Positions 41,757 to 51,221 of a stretch of 64,000 nucleotides of DNA are shown one piece after another. The translations under genes were made by a program, and so were the position numbers. Source of the stretch: an uncultured delta proteobacterium (GTDB lineage: Bacteria > Desulfobacterota > Syntrophobacteria > BM002); the NCBI GenBank assembly GCA_963712115.1, contig CAVQGX010000042.1, forward strand, positions 96,001 to 160,000, in the 5' to 3' direction. The notes below the pieces were generated by a model, which did no database searches, had not been told where the DNA came from, and saw only the letters and a program-made list of their open reading frames with translations. Positions within the stretch are counted from its first letter, which is position 1. Each line of letters begins with the position of its first letter.

Positions 41757-42986
41757 CCTGATTACCTCAACTGTCTCTCCTGCATAAAGCCCTTCGGTGT
41801 GTCGATCTATACGCACTAGCCCATCGGCGCGCACTAAGGTGGAAATCAGGGCGGATTCTCCAAAAATCGGCTCAGCTATGAGTTCGCCATCTTCTTCTTC
41901 TTTTATCCTCACCCTGATAAAATCCTCCCTCCCTTGTTTGGAGGCCACGTTTCGATTTAATCGCGCTCGAACCGGCCTCCCATCCCCCAGGGACAACTTC
42001 ACCCCCTTAAGGTAAGCCATAAAGGGACGGACCAATACCTGGAACACTACCATGGCCGAGGCCACATGCCCAGGAAGACCCCAAAAACCTTTTTCACCTG
42101 TTTTTACCAACAGAGTGGGCTTACCAGGGCTGATGGCAACCCCATGGACGAGAACCTCACTACCTTCAAATGAGGCCAGTACATCCAGGGTTAGATCGCG
42201 ACTTCCAACCGAGGAACCGCCCGAGATAAGACAGATATCCGCACGATCGAGGGCCTCTTGACACTTTTCTCGAAGAGCTGGGAATTGATCGGGGGACAGG
42301 CCCAACTGAAGTGGCACTCCTCCGCAGCTTTCTACCATTGCCGCGAGACTGTGGGAATTGATGTCGCGCAGCTCGCCTGGCCGGGGCTCTTTTTCAATGG
42401 GGACAATCTCATCGCCGGTGCTGATTATTGCCACTTTCGGCCGTCGCCTTACTATTATCTTGTTCAGACCCAAAGCTGCCAGAAGACCGATCTCCTGTGG
42501 ACGGAGTCGCTTTCCTGCCTGTAGCACCTCCTGCCCGGCGCTAAAGTCATCGCCTGGACGGATAACATTCTCTAAAGGGGCAACGCTGCGGCTGATGGCA
42601 ACACTCTTTTGATCAAGCTCTTCGGTGTATTCCACCATGACAACACTGTCTGCTCCTGCAGGAAGCATGCCTCCAGTGGGAATCCTTGCCACCTTGCCGC
42701 CACTCAGTTCAAAAGAGACCGTCTCTCCCATACCCACCTCCCCCACAATTTCCAAGAGGGACGGCAGGCTTTCTGAAGCTCCGAAGGTGTCTTGGGCCCG
42801 CACCGCGTAGCCGTCAACAATAGATTTAGTGAAGGAGGGTAAGTCTTCCTTGGCGACTATGGGCTCTGCCAGCACTCGGTTCAATGCCTGACCCAGGGGA
42901 ATCTCTTCAGTGTGTAACGGGATAAATCGCTCGAATTCATCCCATACCTCCTCACGGGTCTTTACTTTGAAAAAACCGGTCTTCAC
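41751..42986 (-). CDS. moeA: Molybdopterin molybdotransferase
   Basis: SIVDGYA, PTGG, STGDE, SGGSSVG and PGKP motifs. Confidence 0.94.
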   Translation of the reverse strand: MKTGFFKVKTREEVWDEFERFIPLHTEEIPLGQALNRVLAEPIVAKEDLPSFTKSIVDGYAVRAQDTFGASESLPSLLEIVGEVGMGETVSFELSGGKVARIPTGGMLPAGADSVVMVEYTEELDQKSVAISRSVAPLENVIRPGDDFSAGQEVLQAGKRLRPQEIGLLAALGLNKIIVRRRPKVAIISTGDEIVPIEKEPRPGELRDINSHSLAAMVESCGGVPLQLGLSPDQFPALREKCQEALDRADICLISGGSSVGSRDLTLDVLASFEGSEVLVHGVAISPGKPTLLVKTGEKGFWGLPGHVASAMVVFQVLVRPFMAYLKGVKLSLGDGRPVRARLNRNVASKQGREDFIRVRIKEEEDGELIAEPIFGESALISTLVRADGLVRIDRHTEGLYAGETVEVIRI

Positions 42987-43176
42987 AGTTTCCTTCTCAC
43001 CCTCACCCCGCCCGTCCGCCTCGCAAGCGAGAGTTTTGCCGGCAGACTAGCTCCCCTCCCTTAACCAGGAGGATTGGCTGGGGATTTCATTCACCTTCAG
43101 GAGCAATTAGTAGGAATGATAAGAGGAAATCTTATATCACGGTGGGAAAAGGCAAACAACAGTTTTTGGGGAAATT

Positions 43177-43212
43177 AAAAGGGGGCAGGCTTACATAGAC
43201 CTGACCCCCAAA
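43177..43212 (-). terminator. Intrinsic terminator downstream of the miniprotein gene
   Basis: Minus strand ggggg(t)cagg...cctgccccc followed by ttttaattt. Confidence 0.65.
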
Positions 43213-43217
43213 TTATC

Positions 43218-43364
43218 TCAGTCGGTACACTCGACACACAAGCCTTCTTCATTTAGGCAGCCGTCACAGTGCCTTCGACGGCAAAGCCTGCACTCTTGGA
43301 TCAATACCACATCATCCTTTTCCGCAGGTTCGCCGCAAGCTACACAAGCAAATTCCTCTGCCAT
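43218..43364 (-). CDS. 48-aa cysteine-rich miniprotein (4 x CxxC), not in the ORF track
   Basis: MAEEFACVACGEPAEKDDVVLIQECRLCRRRHCDGCLNEEGLCVECTD; GAAAGGGGG RBS, upstream promoter and downstream terminator. Confidence 0.82.
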   Translation of the reverse strand: MAEEFACVACGEPAEKDDVVLIQECRLCRRRHCDGCLNEEGLCVECTD

Positions 43365-43402
43365 AATTACACCCCCTTTCGTACTCTTAGTCATTATTTT
43401 GA

Positions 43403-43512
43403 AAAATAGGCATTCCCTCCAGTGCTGTCAATGTAAGACAACATAATAAAACCCGTCAAGGTTTCCACCCCTCCTTTGATTCTTGACAGTGGTTCGAGGA
43501 CTTTGCTAGGTT
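43403..43512. promoter_or_regulatory. Divergent sigma70 promoters for the miniprotein and the thioredoxin reductase
   Basis: Minus: TTGACA (43431-43426)-17bp-TATTTT. Plus: TTGACA (43483-43488)-18bp-TAGGTT with an extended TG. Confidence 0.55.
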
Positions 43513-43600
43513 GATCACATAAAAAATTGTCTTATATTATAATTGTTTGTCCATGATAAAAACTGAAGCTCGCAGCAACTTCTTTCAGACAGGAAATGCC

Positions 43601-45244
43601 ATGAATATACCAAGAGATCCCCACGGCCAATCAGGTAGCCCCATACCCCCGGAGGTTCAACATCAGCTCAGGATGGTATTTGATCAATTGCCTAACACGG
43701 TCCCTCTTTATCTTTTCACCCAGAAGGGAAATAATGACGTCTACAATCAAGCCGCCAAAGAGGTTGTTCGCTCTTTTGCCGAGCTCGGCAGCAAAGTTGA
43801 GCTGCATGAATTCAGTCTCGATCACGAACTCGCCAAAAAATACCAGGTAGAAACATCCCCTGCCGTCCTCTTCGACCCGGAGCACTATTCAATTCGCTTC
43901 CTCGGTGCTCCCATTGGCGAGGAGGGCAGGACACTTCTTGAAGCGGTGGTGCTTATCGGCCTCAGAAAAAGCAATCTCAGCGAACAGTCTCTTAAAATAA
44001 TAGAAAAGGTCAATTCTCCCCGGAAGGTTAAGGTTTTTTCCAGCCCCACCTGCCCTTACTGTCCCCAACAGGCAGTGAATGCTATCAAGGCGGCCATTGC
44101 CAAGCCGGAATTAATTTCTTTAGAAATCGTTGACATCCAGGCCAACCCCCATCTTGCCGAGCGTTATTCTGCTCACAGTGTTCCTCAAACCTTTGCCAAC
44201 GACATCCTCATTGCCCAGGGAGCTCAACCTGAGGAGCTCTTCATACTCTCTTTGGAAAAAATGGAGGAACAGACTGTATTCATCCCCGATGTTGATGCTG
44301 AACTGGTGGAGAATGACTTAGTTATCGTGGGAGGAGGCCCTGCCGGTCTCACCGCCGCTATCTACGCTGTTCGGAGCGGGCTAAACACGGCGGTAGTGGA
44401 ACGGGATACACTTGGCGGTCAGGTAGCAACCACCCCCCTGGTAGAGAACTATCCCGGCTTTACCCAGGTAGGTGGAAAGGCCCTGGTGGACTTACTCGTG
44501 AGCCATGCACTGGAATATGTAACTATTTTCCAGGGAGAAGAGGTGATGGACATTCAGACCGAGGAAGGGCTCACTGTCATTACCAGCAGGAGACGGTTTA
44601 AGACCAAGGCCGTTCTCTTGGCCACCGGCGCCACCCACAAACACCTCGGGGTTCCGGGAGAGTCGAGGTTTTCCGGTCGAGGCGTCACTTACTGTAGCAC
44701 CTGTGATGGCCCTTTGTTCAAAGGAAAAAGGGTCATCATGGTGGGAGGCGGTAACAGTGCCGTTACCGAGGCTCTTTATCTACATAATATAGGTGCACAT
44801 GTTACGGTAGTTCACAGACAAGACACCTTCCGGGCTCAGGAGCATTTGACCAAATATCTCTTCTCCGCCAATATACCCGTTCTCTGGAATACTGAGGTAA
44901 AGGAGATCAGGGGTGAGGACAAGGTCCGGGAGGTTATCCTCTATAACAGCGTCACCGAGGAAAGCAAAACTATGCCCATAGACGGGGTTTTTATTGCTAT
45001 CGGTTACATTCCTGCGGTGGAATTGGCTAAGAAGCTTGGAGTCGCACTAACAGAGGACGGCTTCATCAAGCGTGATGAACATCACCGGACAAATTTACCC
45101 GGCGTCTATTCTGCCGGAGACGTGGAAGGTGGCTACAAGCAAATTGTTACTGCGGTAGGACAGGGTGCCGAGGCCGCTCTAAGCATTTACGAGGATCTGA
45201 TGAATCCCTATTGGCTGGAAAAGCGCAGCGCCTCACCAGGTTAG
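43601..45244 (+). CDS. Thioredoxin reductase fused to an N-terminal double-thioredoxin (PDO/AhpF-NTD-like) module
   Basis: CPYC in the second Trx fold; GGGPAG, CSTC, GGGNSA and SAGD motifs. Confidence 0.9.
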   Translation: MNIPRDPHGQSGSPIPPEVQHQLRMVFDQLPNTVPLYLFTQKGNNDVYNQAAKEVVRSFAELGSKVELHEFSLDHELAKKYQVETSPAVLFDPEHYSIRFLGAPIGEEGRTLLEAVVLIGLRKSNLSEQSLKIIEKVNSPRKVKVFSSPTCPYCPQQAVNAIKAAIAKPELISLEIVDIQANPHLAERYSAHSVPQTFANDILIAQGAQPEELFILSLEKMEEQTVFIPDVDAELVENDLVIVGGGPAGLTAAIYAVRSGLNTAVVERDTLGGQVATTPLVENYPGFTQVGGKALVDLLVSHALEYVTIFQGEEVMDIQTEEGLTVITSRRRFKTKAVLLATGATHKHLGVPGESRFSGRGVTYCSTCDGPLFKGKRVIMVGGGNSAVTEALYLHNIGAHVTVVHRQDTFRAQEHLTKYLFSANIPVLWNTEVKEIRGEDKVREVILYNSVTEESKTMPIDGVFIAIGYIPAVELAKKLGVALTEDGFIKRDEHHRTNLPGVYSAGDVEGGYKQIVTAVGQGAEAALSIYEDLMNPYWLEKRSASPG

Positions 45245-45280
45245 CTTGCAAATATCAGAAGTTGTTGAAGAGGAGCGAAA

Positions 45281-45694
45281 TCAAGCAGCTTCATATTCAC
45301 CTTCTATGTGAAGAACGAACTCGCCTACTTTTTCCATAGGTACCAGCTTGAAGTTTCCTTCCCCTTGGGTTCCTGCTAACTTACCTGTGCCGCGGTAAGT
45401 CTTCCATGTGCCTTCGGTAACTTTTCTAAGCCCATCCCGATTACCCTTGAAGCGGCTGTATACTGCCCCATGCTTGAAAGAGGCCATGACATAGCCTTCC
45501 ATGAGGCCCCAGCCTCTGACTCGGTCATGGATGGTTATACTGCGGCGAGAGACAAACTCACCAGCCACGCCCACCTGATACTCAATGGGCTCCCCCTCCA
45601 TTTCTACTATCATCATGGTGTGGTCAGGCTCGTCATCAATTTCGAAGGCTTCTCTCCTGGTAACCCAAAGTTTATACTGCTCTTTCTTTTTCAT
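45281..45694 (-). CDS. Hypothetical protein, probably beta-rich
   Basis: 137 aa with a GAGGGGGG RBS; GTGKLAG..GEG motif. Confidence 0.7.
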   Translation of the reverse strand: MKKKEQYKLWVTRREAFEIDDEPDHTMMIVEMEGEPIEYQVGVAGEFVSRRSITIHDRVRGWGLMEGYVMASFKHGAVYSRFKGNRDGLRKVTEGTWKTYRGTGKLAGTQGEGNFKLVPMEKVGEFVLHIEGEYEAA

Positions 45695-45721
45695 GCTTAT
45701 CCCCCCTCTTGCCTCCGTATT

Positions 45722-45832
45722 TCAGTCCAGCGCTTTTTGACCCCCGGGAATGGAATAGGCCGAACATCCGTCAAGCGCCAGGCTCATGGCGACTGCCAAA
45801 GTTAAGGTCAAAGTAATGATGATATTCTTCAT
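45722..45832 (-). CDS. Possible 36-aa small lipopeptide ORF
   Basis: MKNIIITLTLTLAVAMSLALDGCSAYSIPGGQKALD: basic N-terminus, hydrophobic core, lipobox-like LDGC; weak RBS. Confidence 0.35.
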   Translation of the reverse strand: MKNIIITLTLTLAVAMSLALDGCSAYSIPGGQKALD

Positions 45833-46039
45833 CTCAGATAACCTGGAGGAGGATTGGCTTCAGAACAAATCTTACTTTACTACAAATATCAAATCTGAGC
45901 GGACCTGGCTAGGAAAACCGACCGCAGATAGCCTGGGCGAGTCTCACCGGGCGGGAAGCCAAACCGCAGGGGCTCAAGGTCAAAGTTGGCCGCTTTCCTT
46001 TCAGGGCCCTAGGGCGGGCGAGGAATCTGGGGAGAGAAG

Positions 46040-46220
46040 GAGATTGGATATTTGGGGAAGCATAGGGCATAGGGCATGGAGCATAGAGTAAGGAGCCAGG
46101 AGTCAGAATCCAGAATTCAGTAAGGACCACTTTCAATTTGATCAGTTTTGTGATTAGTGGTTTTCAGGCCCTATGCCCTATGCCGGGTGGTTTGAGCCAT
46201 TGACGCTATGCGCTTTGCAC
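46040..46220. repeat. GCATAGG ... CCTATGC inverted heptamer arrays enclosing a CCAGAAT array
   Basis: 46060-46120 is near-identical to 24474-24534; opposing arm at 46168-46219. Confidence 0.8.
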
Positions 46221-47266
46221 TAGGCGAGCAATAACTCCTTGGCTGCTGCCATTGCCTTGAGCTTGCCGAAGGCGATGTGGCGCGGCAGATGGTTCATGCC
46301 GCAGGAACTGGTGATCAAAGTCTGTTCAGGAGAGAGCCAGCGGTATTTGCTGATCCGTTCTCCGATTGTTTCAGCAGACTCAACATTGAAGTCCTGAACG
46401 TCCACAGCCCCAACTGCCAGATATTTGTTGCCGAGAAGCCCCTCATATTTGGGAGTTTGATCGTGTTCAATCAATAACGCATCACAATTGATCTTGCATA
46501 TGAGTTCAGCGGGGTACCTGCCAGTATCAAAGTAACGGTGGCCGATTTGCCCGTCGTAATCCGGACCCACTGCGTAGTTTCCCTGGCAGATGTGCACCTG
46601 CACTGATACTTTCTTGAGACCCTCGGTGGACAAGTTGATGGCCTCCACCGCCGCTTCCACCTCCGGGTCATCCGAGATGGCAAAAAGAGGTTCGTCAATC
46701 TGGATGTATTTGCAGCCGGCCTTTTCCAGGTCTTTGAAGTTGCGGTTCATCACCTTGGCCAGGTCCTGCATCATCTTGCCCATGTCTCCATAGTGTTCGT
46801 CCCAGGCCACCTTTGCCAGCATGTGAGGTCCGGTCATAGTGATTTTCACTTGTTTTTTGGCAAACTTGGAAACCATCCGGAACTCGTCTGCCAGGCCGAG
46901 ATCACCGTAATCTATGGGACCGGTGCAAATAGCCGCCGGATGAAATACGTTCGGATCCTTTGTAGTAATGGGCCTGGGCCGGGTTTCCCTGGAAAAGCCG
47001 GGAATTTTATCCCAGAAGAAATTGAGCATGGCATTGGGTGGTGCGTGCCTGTTGTTAGTCCGCCGGTGCATTTCCCCGCCGGTGATAATATCAATACCGG
47101 CTGTCTCCTGATCCAGTATTGCCGCCTGAGTTGCCCGATATTGTGCATCCTCCATGTCCCCTTTCGATAATGTCCCTGCTTCCACCTGCTTTTCCAGGGT
47201 TTCGTACCAGCGGGGAACACTGTAGGACCCTATAACTGTGGTTGTGTATTTCCCATATGCTGTCAT
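46220..47266 (-). CDS. Cobalamin-independent methionine synthase catalytic-domain-only protein (core MetE-like)
   Basis: TTVIGSYSVP, GIDIITGGE, TGP and IQIDEP motifs; Zn ligands HIC and SSCG; no N-terminal folate-binding barrel. Confidence 0.85.
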   Translation of the reverse strand: MTAYGKYTTTVIGSYSVPRWYETLEKQVEAGTLSKGDMEDAQYRATQAAILDQETAGIDIITGGEMHRRTNNRHAPPNAMLNFFWDKIPGFSRETRPRPITTKDPNVFHPAAICTGPIDYGDLGLADEFRMVSKFAKKQVKITMTGPHMLAKVAWDEHYGDMGKMMQDLAKVMNRNFKDLEKAGCKYIQIDEPLFAISDDPEVEAAVEAINLSTEGLKKVSVQVHICQGNYAVGPDYDGQIGHRYFDTGRYPAELICKINCDALLIEHDQTPKYEGLLGNKYLAVGAVDVQDFNVESAETIGERISKYRWLSPEQTLITSSCGMNHLPRHIAFGKLKAMAAAKELLLA

Positions 47267-47406
47267 GAATTATCTCTCCTCTGTCTGGTAGTTAGATCTT
47301 ATCTTCTGAGACAGTCTAACTCTGAGAGAAAAACTTTCAATAGCAAAAACCATCAATCTAGTAGTAATTTTTGCCATAACTTGGGATCACAGCCGGATCA
47401 TTATTT

Positions 47407-49860
47407 CTACGAGCTGCTGTCTTCATCCGACTTTGAAATTGATCCTGAAAGATTAGAAGAAGCCGATTCATCCGCAGTGCGCAGGTGCAGATCTCTTTGG
47501 GGAAAGGCAATTACAATTCCAGCTTGGCGGAACCTGCGGTCGATCTCCTGGTGCAGTTCACTCTTTACCACGCGTCTGTAGTCAATATTCGATATCCACA
47601 CCCGAAGTTCAAAATCGAGAGAACTCTCTCCAAAGTTTAAGAAGAATACCTGAGGCTCGGGCATTTTCATAACCTTTGAGCTTGCCGTGGCGCACTCCAT
47701 GAGAGTTTCCATCACCAGGGGAACGTCGGAGCCATACTCTACACCCACCTTAATAATAATCCTCATTATGCGGTGCGAAAGCGTCCAGTTAGTCACCTGG
47801 TTTGAGACAAGATCGCTGTTGGGAACGACGATCTCCGACCGATCGAAAGTCTCAACCACTGTAGCTCGTAGCCCGATTTTTTTGATCTCGGCCCACTGCT
47901 CGCCCAGTTGGACATAGTCACCCACCTTTACCGGCCTTTCGAAGAGCAGGATCAGACCGGAGACAAAGTTATTGACGATGCCCTGCAGGCCGAAGCCGAT
48001 GCCAACACCCAGAGCACCGGCAATGATGGTGATATCCCTCAGGTGAACACCAAGGGCCACCAGAGCCAAGAGGAAGCCCACGAAGACAAAACCGTAGTGG
48101 ATCAGCCTGGCAATTGAAAGGCGAACGCCAACTTGCAACTCCCGGCTGGCAAACACTCCCTTCATCAGCATTGTCTGCACAGCCCAGGAAGTCAGAAATG
48201 AGCCGTAGAGGACGGCCGCTGCAGTGAGAACCAACCCTAGGGTAACCTTCCGAGATCCCACCATGAATCCAAAACCAAACACCCCTTGGATTGCCTCGGC
48301 CGGCCTGTCATAGAACCTCCAGATCACCAGGATGAAGGTGGTGAAAAGGGCTCCGATTAGAACATTAGTCAAGAGTGCCGATCTGCTGACGATGACATTC
48401 GCCTTGCTCTGCAAATATGGTATGTTTCTAAGTGGTGGAGTTTGGATGATCCATGCCAGTGTACCGCGAGCCATCAACATGAGCATCCAAGCCCCCAGCA
48501 CCACAAAGGTGGTTGCCAGGGAGGATTGGAGTACATGGGCGGCCAGGGAGCTGTAACCTCCAATCTCAGCTATGATCACACTCAGGAAAATCAAGCCACC
48601 CAACCTAAGGGTCCAGATATAGAGAAGGGGACCCTGGTGACGGGAGCTCTCACCCGCGCGCCACAGGCAGAGAAACATACCGGCAAGGGCGGTAAGGAAA
48701 ACGTAAAGCCGGAAAAGAGGAAGGGGCAGACTCAAAGCTCGGAGCACCCAGGTTGCAATCAAAAACGCCGCCAGGGCATAAACAACCCTTTTTCTCCACA
48801 CTTTTGCGACAAAACCTCCGAGGAGCCTGGCGAGAGCTATTATAAGAATAAGGTTGAAGGCCAAGCGCCAGGTGGATGGAGGCGTTTTATAAAAAAGGAT
48901 TAAGGCGAAAAAGCCGAAGAAAATACCCGCGGCAAAGGGTCGCCTGGCAATAAACCGCCATCGCTCATCCTGCTCCAGCAGACTCCGACTGCGCAGAATG
49001 TTGATTGTCACGGCCACTGACAGCAGAATTTGCAGGATAAAAAGCCATCCTTGTCTCTGCAAAAATTTCCTTCCGGGCCATGAGATATTATCAAGTCCCT
49101 TTCGCAGTTCTCCCCAGAGCCCGGTGTCAAATTGAGAATAATAATCAGTTGAAAACATGGAGGCAGCCGATTTACTCCAGACCTCACCGCGCATGGCCAG
49201 GAGCAAATTGTCTACTTCCTGCCTCAGTGAATATAGCGCGGACTGCATGGCTCCCGTCTCCTGCTGCAGAGCTAACAGAGATTTTAGCTTCTCCGTGATG
49301 AGTTCGAGTGTTCTGTTGATTGTCTTGTTGGCTTTTGCAAAAGTGGATGTTACTGTCTTGAGCGGTATATTTTGCGGTACTGAAGATCGGAGATCTTTCC
49401 ACCTTTGACTCTCCTTGGACCACTCCTCTTTCCAAAGATCGGTTTTATTGATAGCTTGTGTGAGAGACTCGATGATCTTCTCGAGAGAATCGGCTTTCCT
49501 TTCTATTTCCCCTCTGAGCTCAGCAAGCTGATCGTAACCATAATTTCCAGCGGTCTTTAATGTTTGCAACTGCTCGGAGAGCTTTGCAGTTTCTTTGGCG
49601 ATCTTGTCCAACCTTTCCTCAGCCTCGGAGAAATTGAAAACGTTTGTTAGCTCACTTTCGAGAGCAGCCGAGCGTTCGGCCAGTTGTGTGCCCAGGGGAA
49701 TGATTTCCGCCACATTCGGTGCTACAGGTGGTTCTTTTTTTTCTTCTGCGGAAGGCTGCGCGGACTTGTCATTCTGCCCGTATGTTGTGCCGCTGAGAGT
49801 CAAAGGGAAAAGCAGCAAGATCGCCAGCAACAGAAACACTCTCACCCGTTGTACAAGCAT
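47407..49860 (-). CDS. Large MscS/MscK-like mechanosensitive channel
   Basis: Signal peptide, periplasmic coiled coil, multiple TM segments; GALGVGIGFGLQ...NFVSG...ERPVKVGD and VPNS motifs. Confidence 0.92.
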   Translation of the reverse strand: MLVQRVRVFLLLAILLLFPLTLSGTTYGQNDKSAQPSAEEKKEPPVAPNVAEIIPLGTQLAERSAALESELTNVFNFSEAEERLDKIAKETAKLSEQLQTLKTAGNYGYDQLAELRGEIERKADSLEKIIESLTQAINKTDLWKEEWSKESQRWKDLRSSVPQNIPLKTVTSTFAKANKTINRTLELITEKLKSLLALQQETGAMQSALYSLRQEVDNLLLAMRGEVWSKSAASMFSTDYYSQFDTGLWGELRKGLDNISWPGRKFLQRQGWLFILQILLSVAVTINILRSRSLLEQDERWRFIARRPFAAGIFFGFFALILFYKTPPSTWRLAFNLILIIALARLLGGFVAKVWRKRVVYALAAFLIATWVLRALSLPLPLFRLYVFLTALAGMFLCLWRAGESSRHQGPLLYIWTLRLGGLIFLSVIIAEIGGYSSLAAHVLQSSLATTFVVLGAWMLMLMARGTLAWIIQTPPLRNIPYLQSKANVIVSRSALLTNVLIGALFTTFILVIWRFYDRPAEAIQGVFGFGFMVGSRKVTLGLVLTAAAVLYGSFLTSWAVQTMLMKGVFASRELQVGVRLSIARLIHYGFVFVGFLLALVALGVHLRDITIIAGALGVGIGFGLQGIVNNFVSGLILLFERPVKVGDYVQLGEQWAEIKKIGLRATVVETFDRSEIVVPNSDLVSNQVTNWTLSHRIMRIIIKVGVEYGSDVPLVMETLMECATASSKVMKMPEPQVFFLNFGESSLDFELRVWISNIDYRRVVKSELHQEIDRRFRQAGIVIAFPQRDLHLRTADESASSNLSGSISKSDEDSSS

Positions 49861-49862
49861 AT

Positions 49863-51047
49863 CTACCTCCGTCCACCAGCTTTCATCTCTAAGGGCTGCC
49901 GAACCAGTTCATCTCCCTGAAGCGCATATTCTTGCTCAACCTTCAGAGATGGGCAACACATTGGATCAGTGCGGTCGTGGGTTACCATTTTAACCACTAT
50001 TTGGCCGGTGCTGATACTAATATCTTCCACCTTCACCCGATCTCCCAAGAAAACGCTGGCAGCATGTTTGGCCTTGCCTCTACTATTAATTACGGCTGCC
50101 AGCTCATAAAAGGTCCCGCTACCACCGGGGTTGGATACCAGTATTACCGCTGCATCTTCGGCCCCGTCGCCGTTCAGATCACCGAGGGCCATTTTGTCGC
50201 TCAACTTTATCACAAGTTCAGTGGCAGAGTCTGGCGCGATTTTCTCTTGGTAAATACCGTCATTCAGTTTTATTTTTCCTTTGGCGGACCATTCCGACCT
50301 GTATTCTCCGCTTTTGAGTTCATCTATGGTTAATGCCTTATTTAATACATCATCTTGCGATTCCCTCCAGCCCTCCCTACCGCATCCAGTATAAGTGCGA
50401 CCGTTCAGGACCACCCTGGCGGCAAAACTGAAATGCTCTCCTGACATGGAGTCAATGCAGTGGCTCTCATCAATCGTCACGAGCAGAGATCCCTCTTTGG
50501 TCTGCGACGAATATATGGTTTTGTCAGCGGATATTCTTGGGGGAGCATAGGGGAATGTGATCCTTGGTTTACCCAACTCAGAAAAGACCATTCCATCTTT
50601 TGAAATTACCACATTCCAGCAGGGTTCATTGCCAGAAGCGCGGAACTCAAATCCCCCGAAATCTTCTTCACATCCCCGTGTCTCAACTCCAGCCCGTCGC
50701 AATTCCATAATGGTCAGTTGGTTGTCATACTCCGCCCCGAATCCATCTCGCGGAGGAGGTCCTGTCAGCCCGCGAACTTCAACATATATGGGTTGGTATG
50801 GCTGATTGGTCAGCTTTCTGTATACGTCCGACAAATCTCCTCCGGTACGATCCAAAACCCAGCTTTCCTGGTCTGAGCCGCAAGGCTTGAATGATCTAAC
50901 CTCATGGCCAAGGACGAGGTGGCCGCGAAACTCTCTGATACTCCTCTCGCTTTCATTAGGCAGACTCTGCTGGGCTGCAGCTTGGCAGGCCACCAAGGGC
51001 ATTAGAAATCCAGCAAACAAGAGATAGTTACTGACATTTGCCCGCAA
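49863..51047 (-). CDS. Secreted multidomain hypothetical protein (COG3650-like middle domain)
   Basis: Signal peptide; GHEVRSFKPC, ASGNEPCW...CIDSMSG...YTGCG and GDLNGDGAEDA segments. Confidence 0.65.
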   Translation of the reverse strand: MRANVSNYLLFAGFLMPLVACQAAAQQSLPNESERSIREFRGHLVLGHEVRSFKPCGSDQESWVLDRTGGDLSDVYRKLTNQPYQPIYVEVRGLTGPPPRDGFGAEYDNQLTIMELRRAGVETRGCEEDFGGFEFRASGNEPCWNVVISKDGMVFSELGKPRITFPYAPPRISADKTIYSSQTKEGSLLVTIDESHCIDSMSGEHFSFAARVVLNGRTYTGCGREGWRESQDDVLNKALTIDELKSGEYRSEWSAKGKIKLNDGIYQEKIAPDSATELVIKLSDKMALGDLNGDGAEDAAVILVSNPGGSGTFYELAAVINSRGKAKHAASVFLGDRVKVEDISISTGQIVVKMVTHDRTDPMCCPSLKVEQEYALQGDELVRQPLEMKAGGRR

Positions 51048-51221
51048 GAACCTTCTCCTTCTTTTAGAAGTACCTGTAGAAAATGTGCTCCACTGCCAAA
51101 TTCAATTCCGCGTTTAAAACTAATACATGGTACGGGTTTGTCAATGAAAAATGGTAGTTAGTTGGCAGGAGATTGGCAGGGATTCAAATTTTCGGATACC
51201 ATGATTGAAACTTTTTTATTT

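Noticed and set aside
47267-47400. SAM or cobalamin riboswitch upstream of the MetE-like gene
   Set aside because: No recognisable consensus elements in this short gap.
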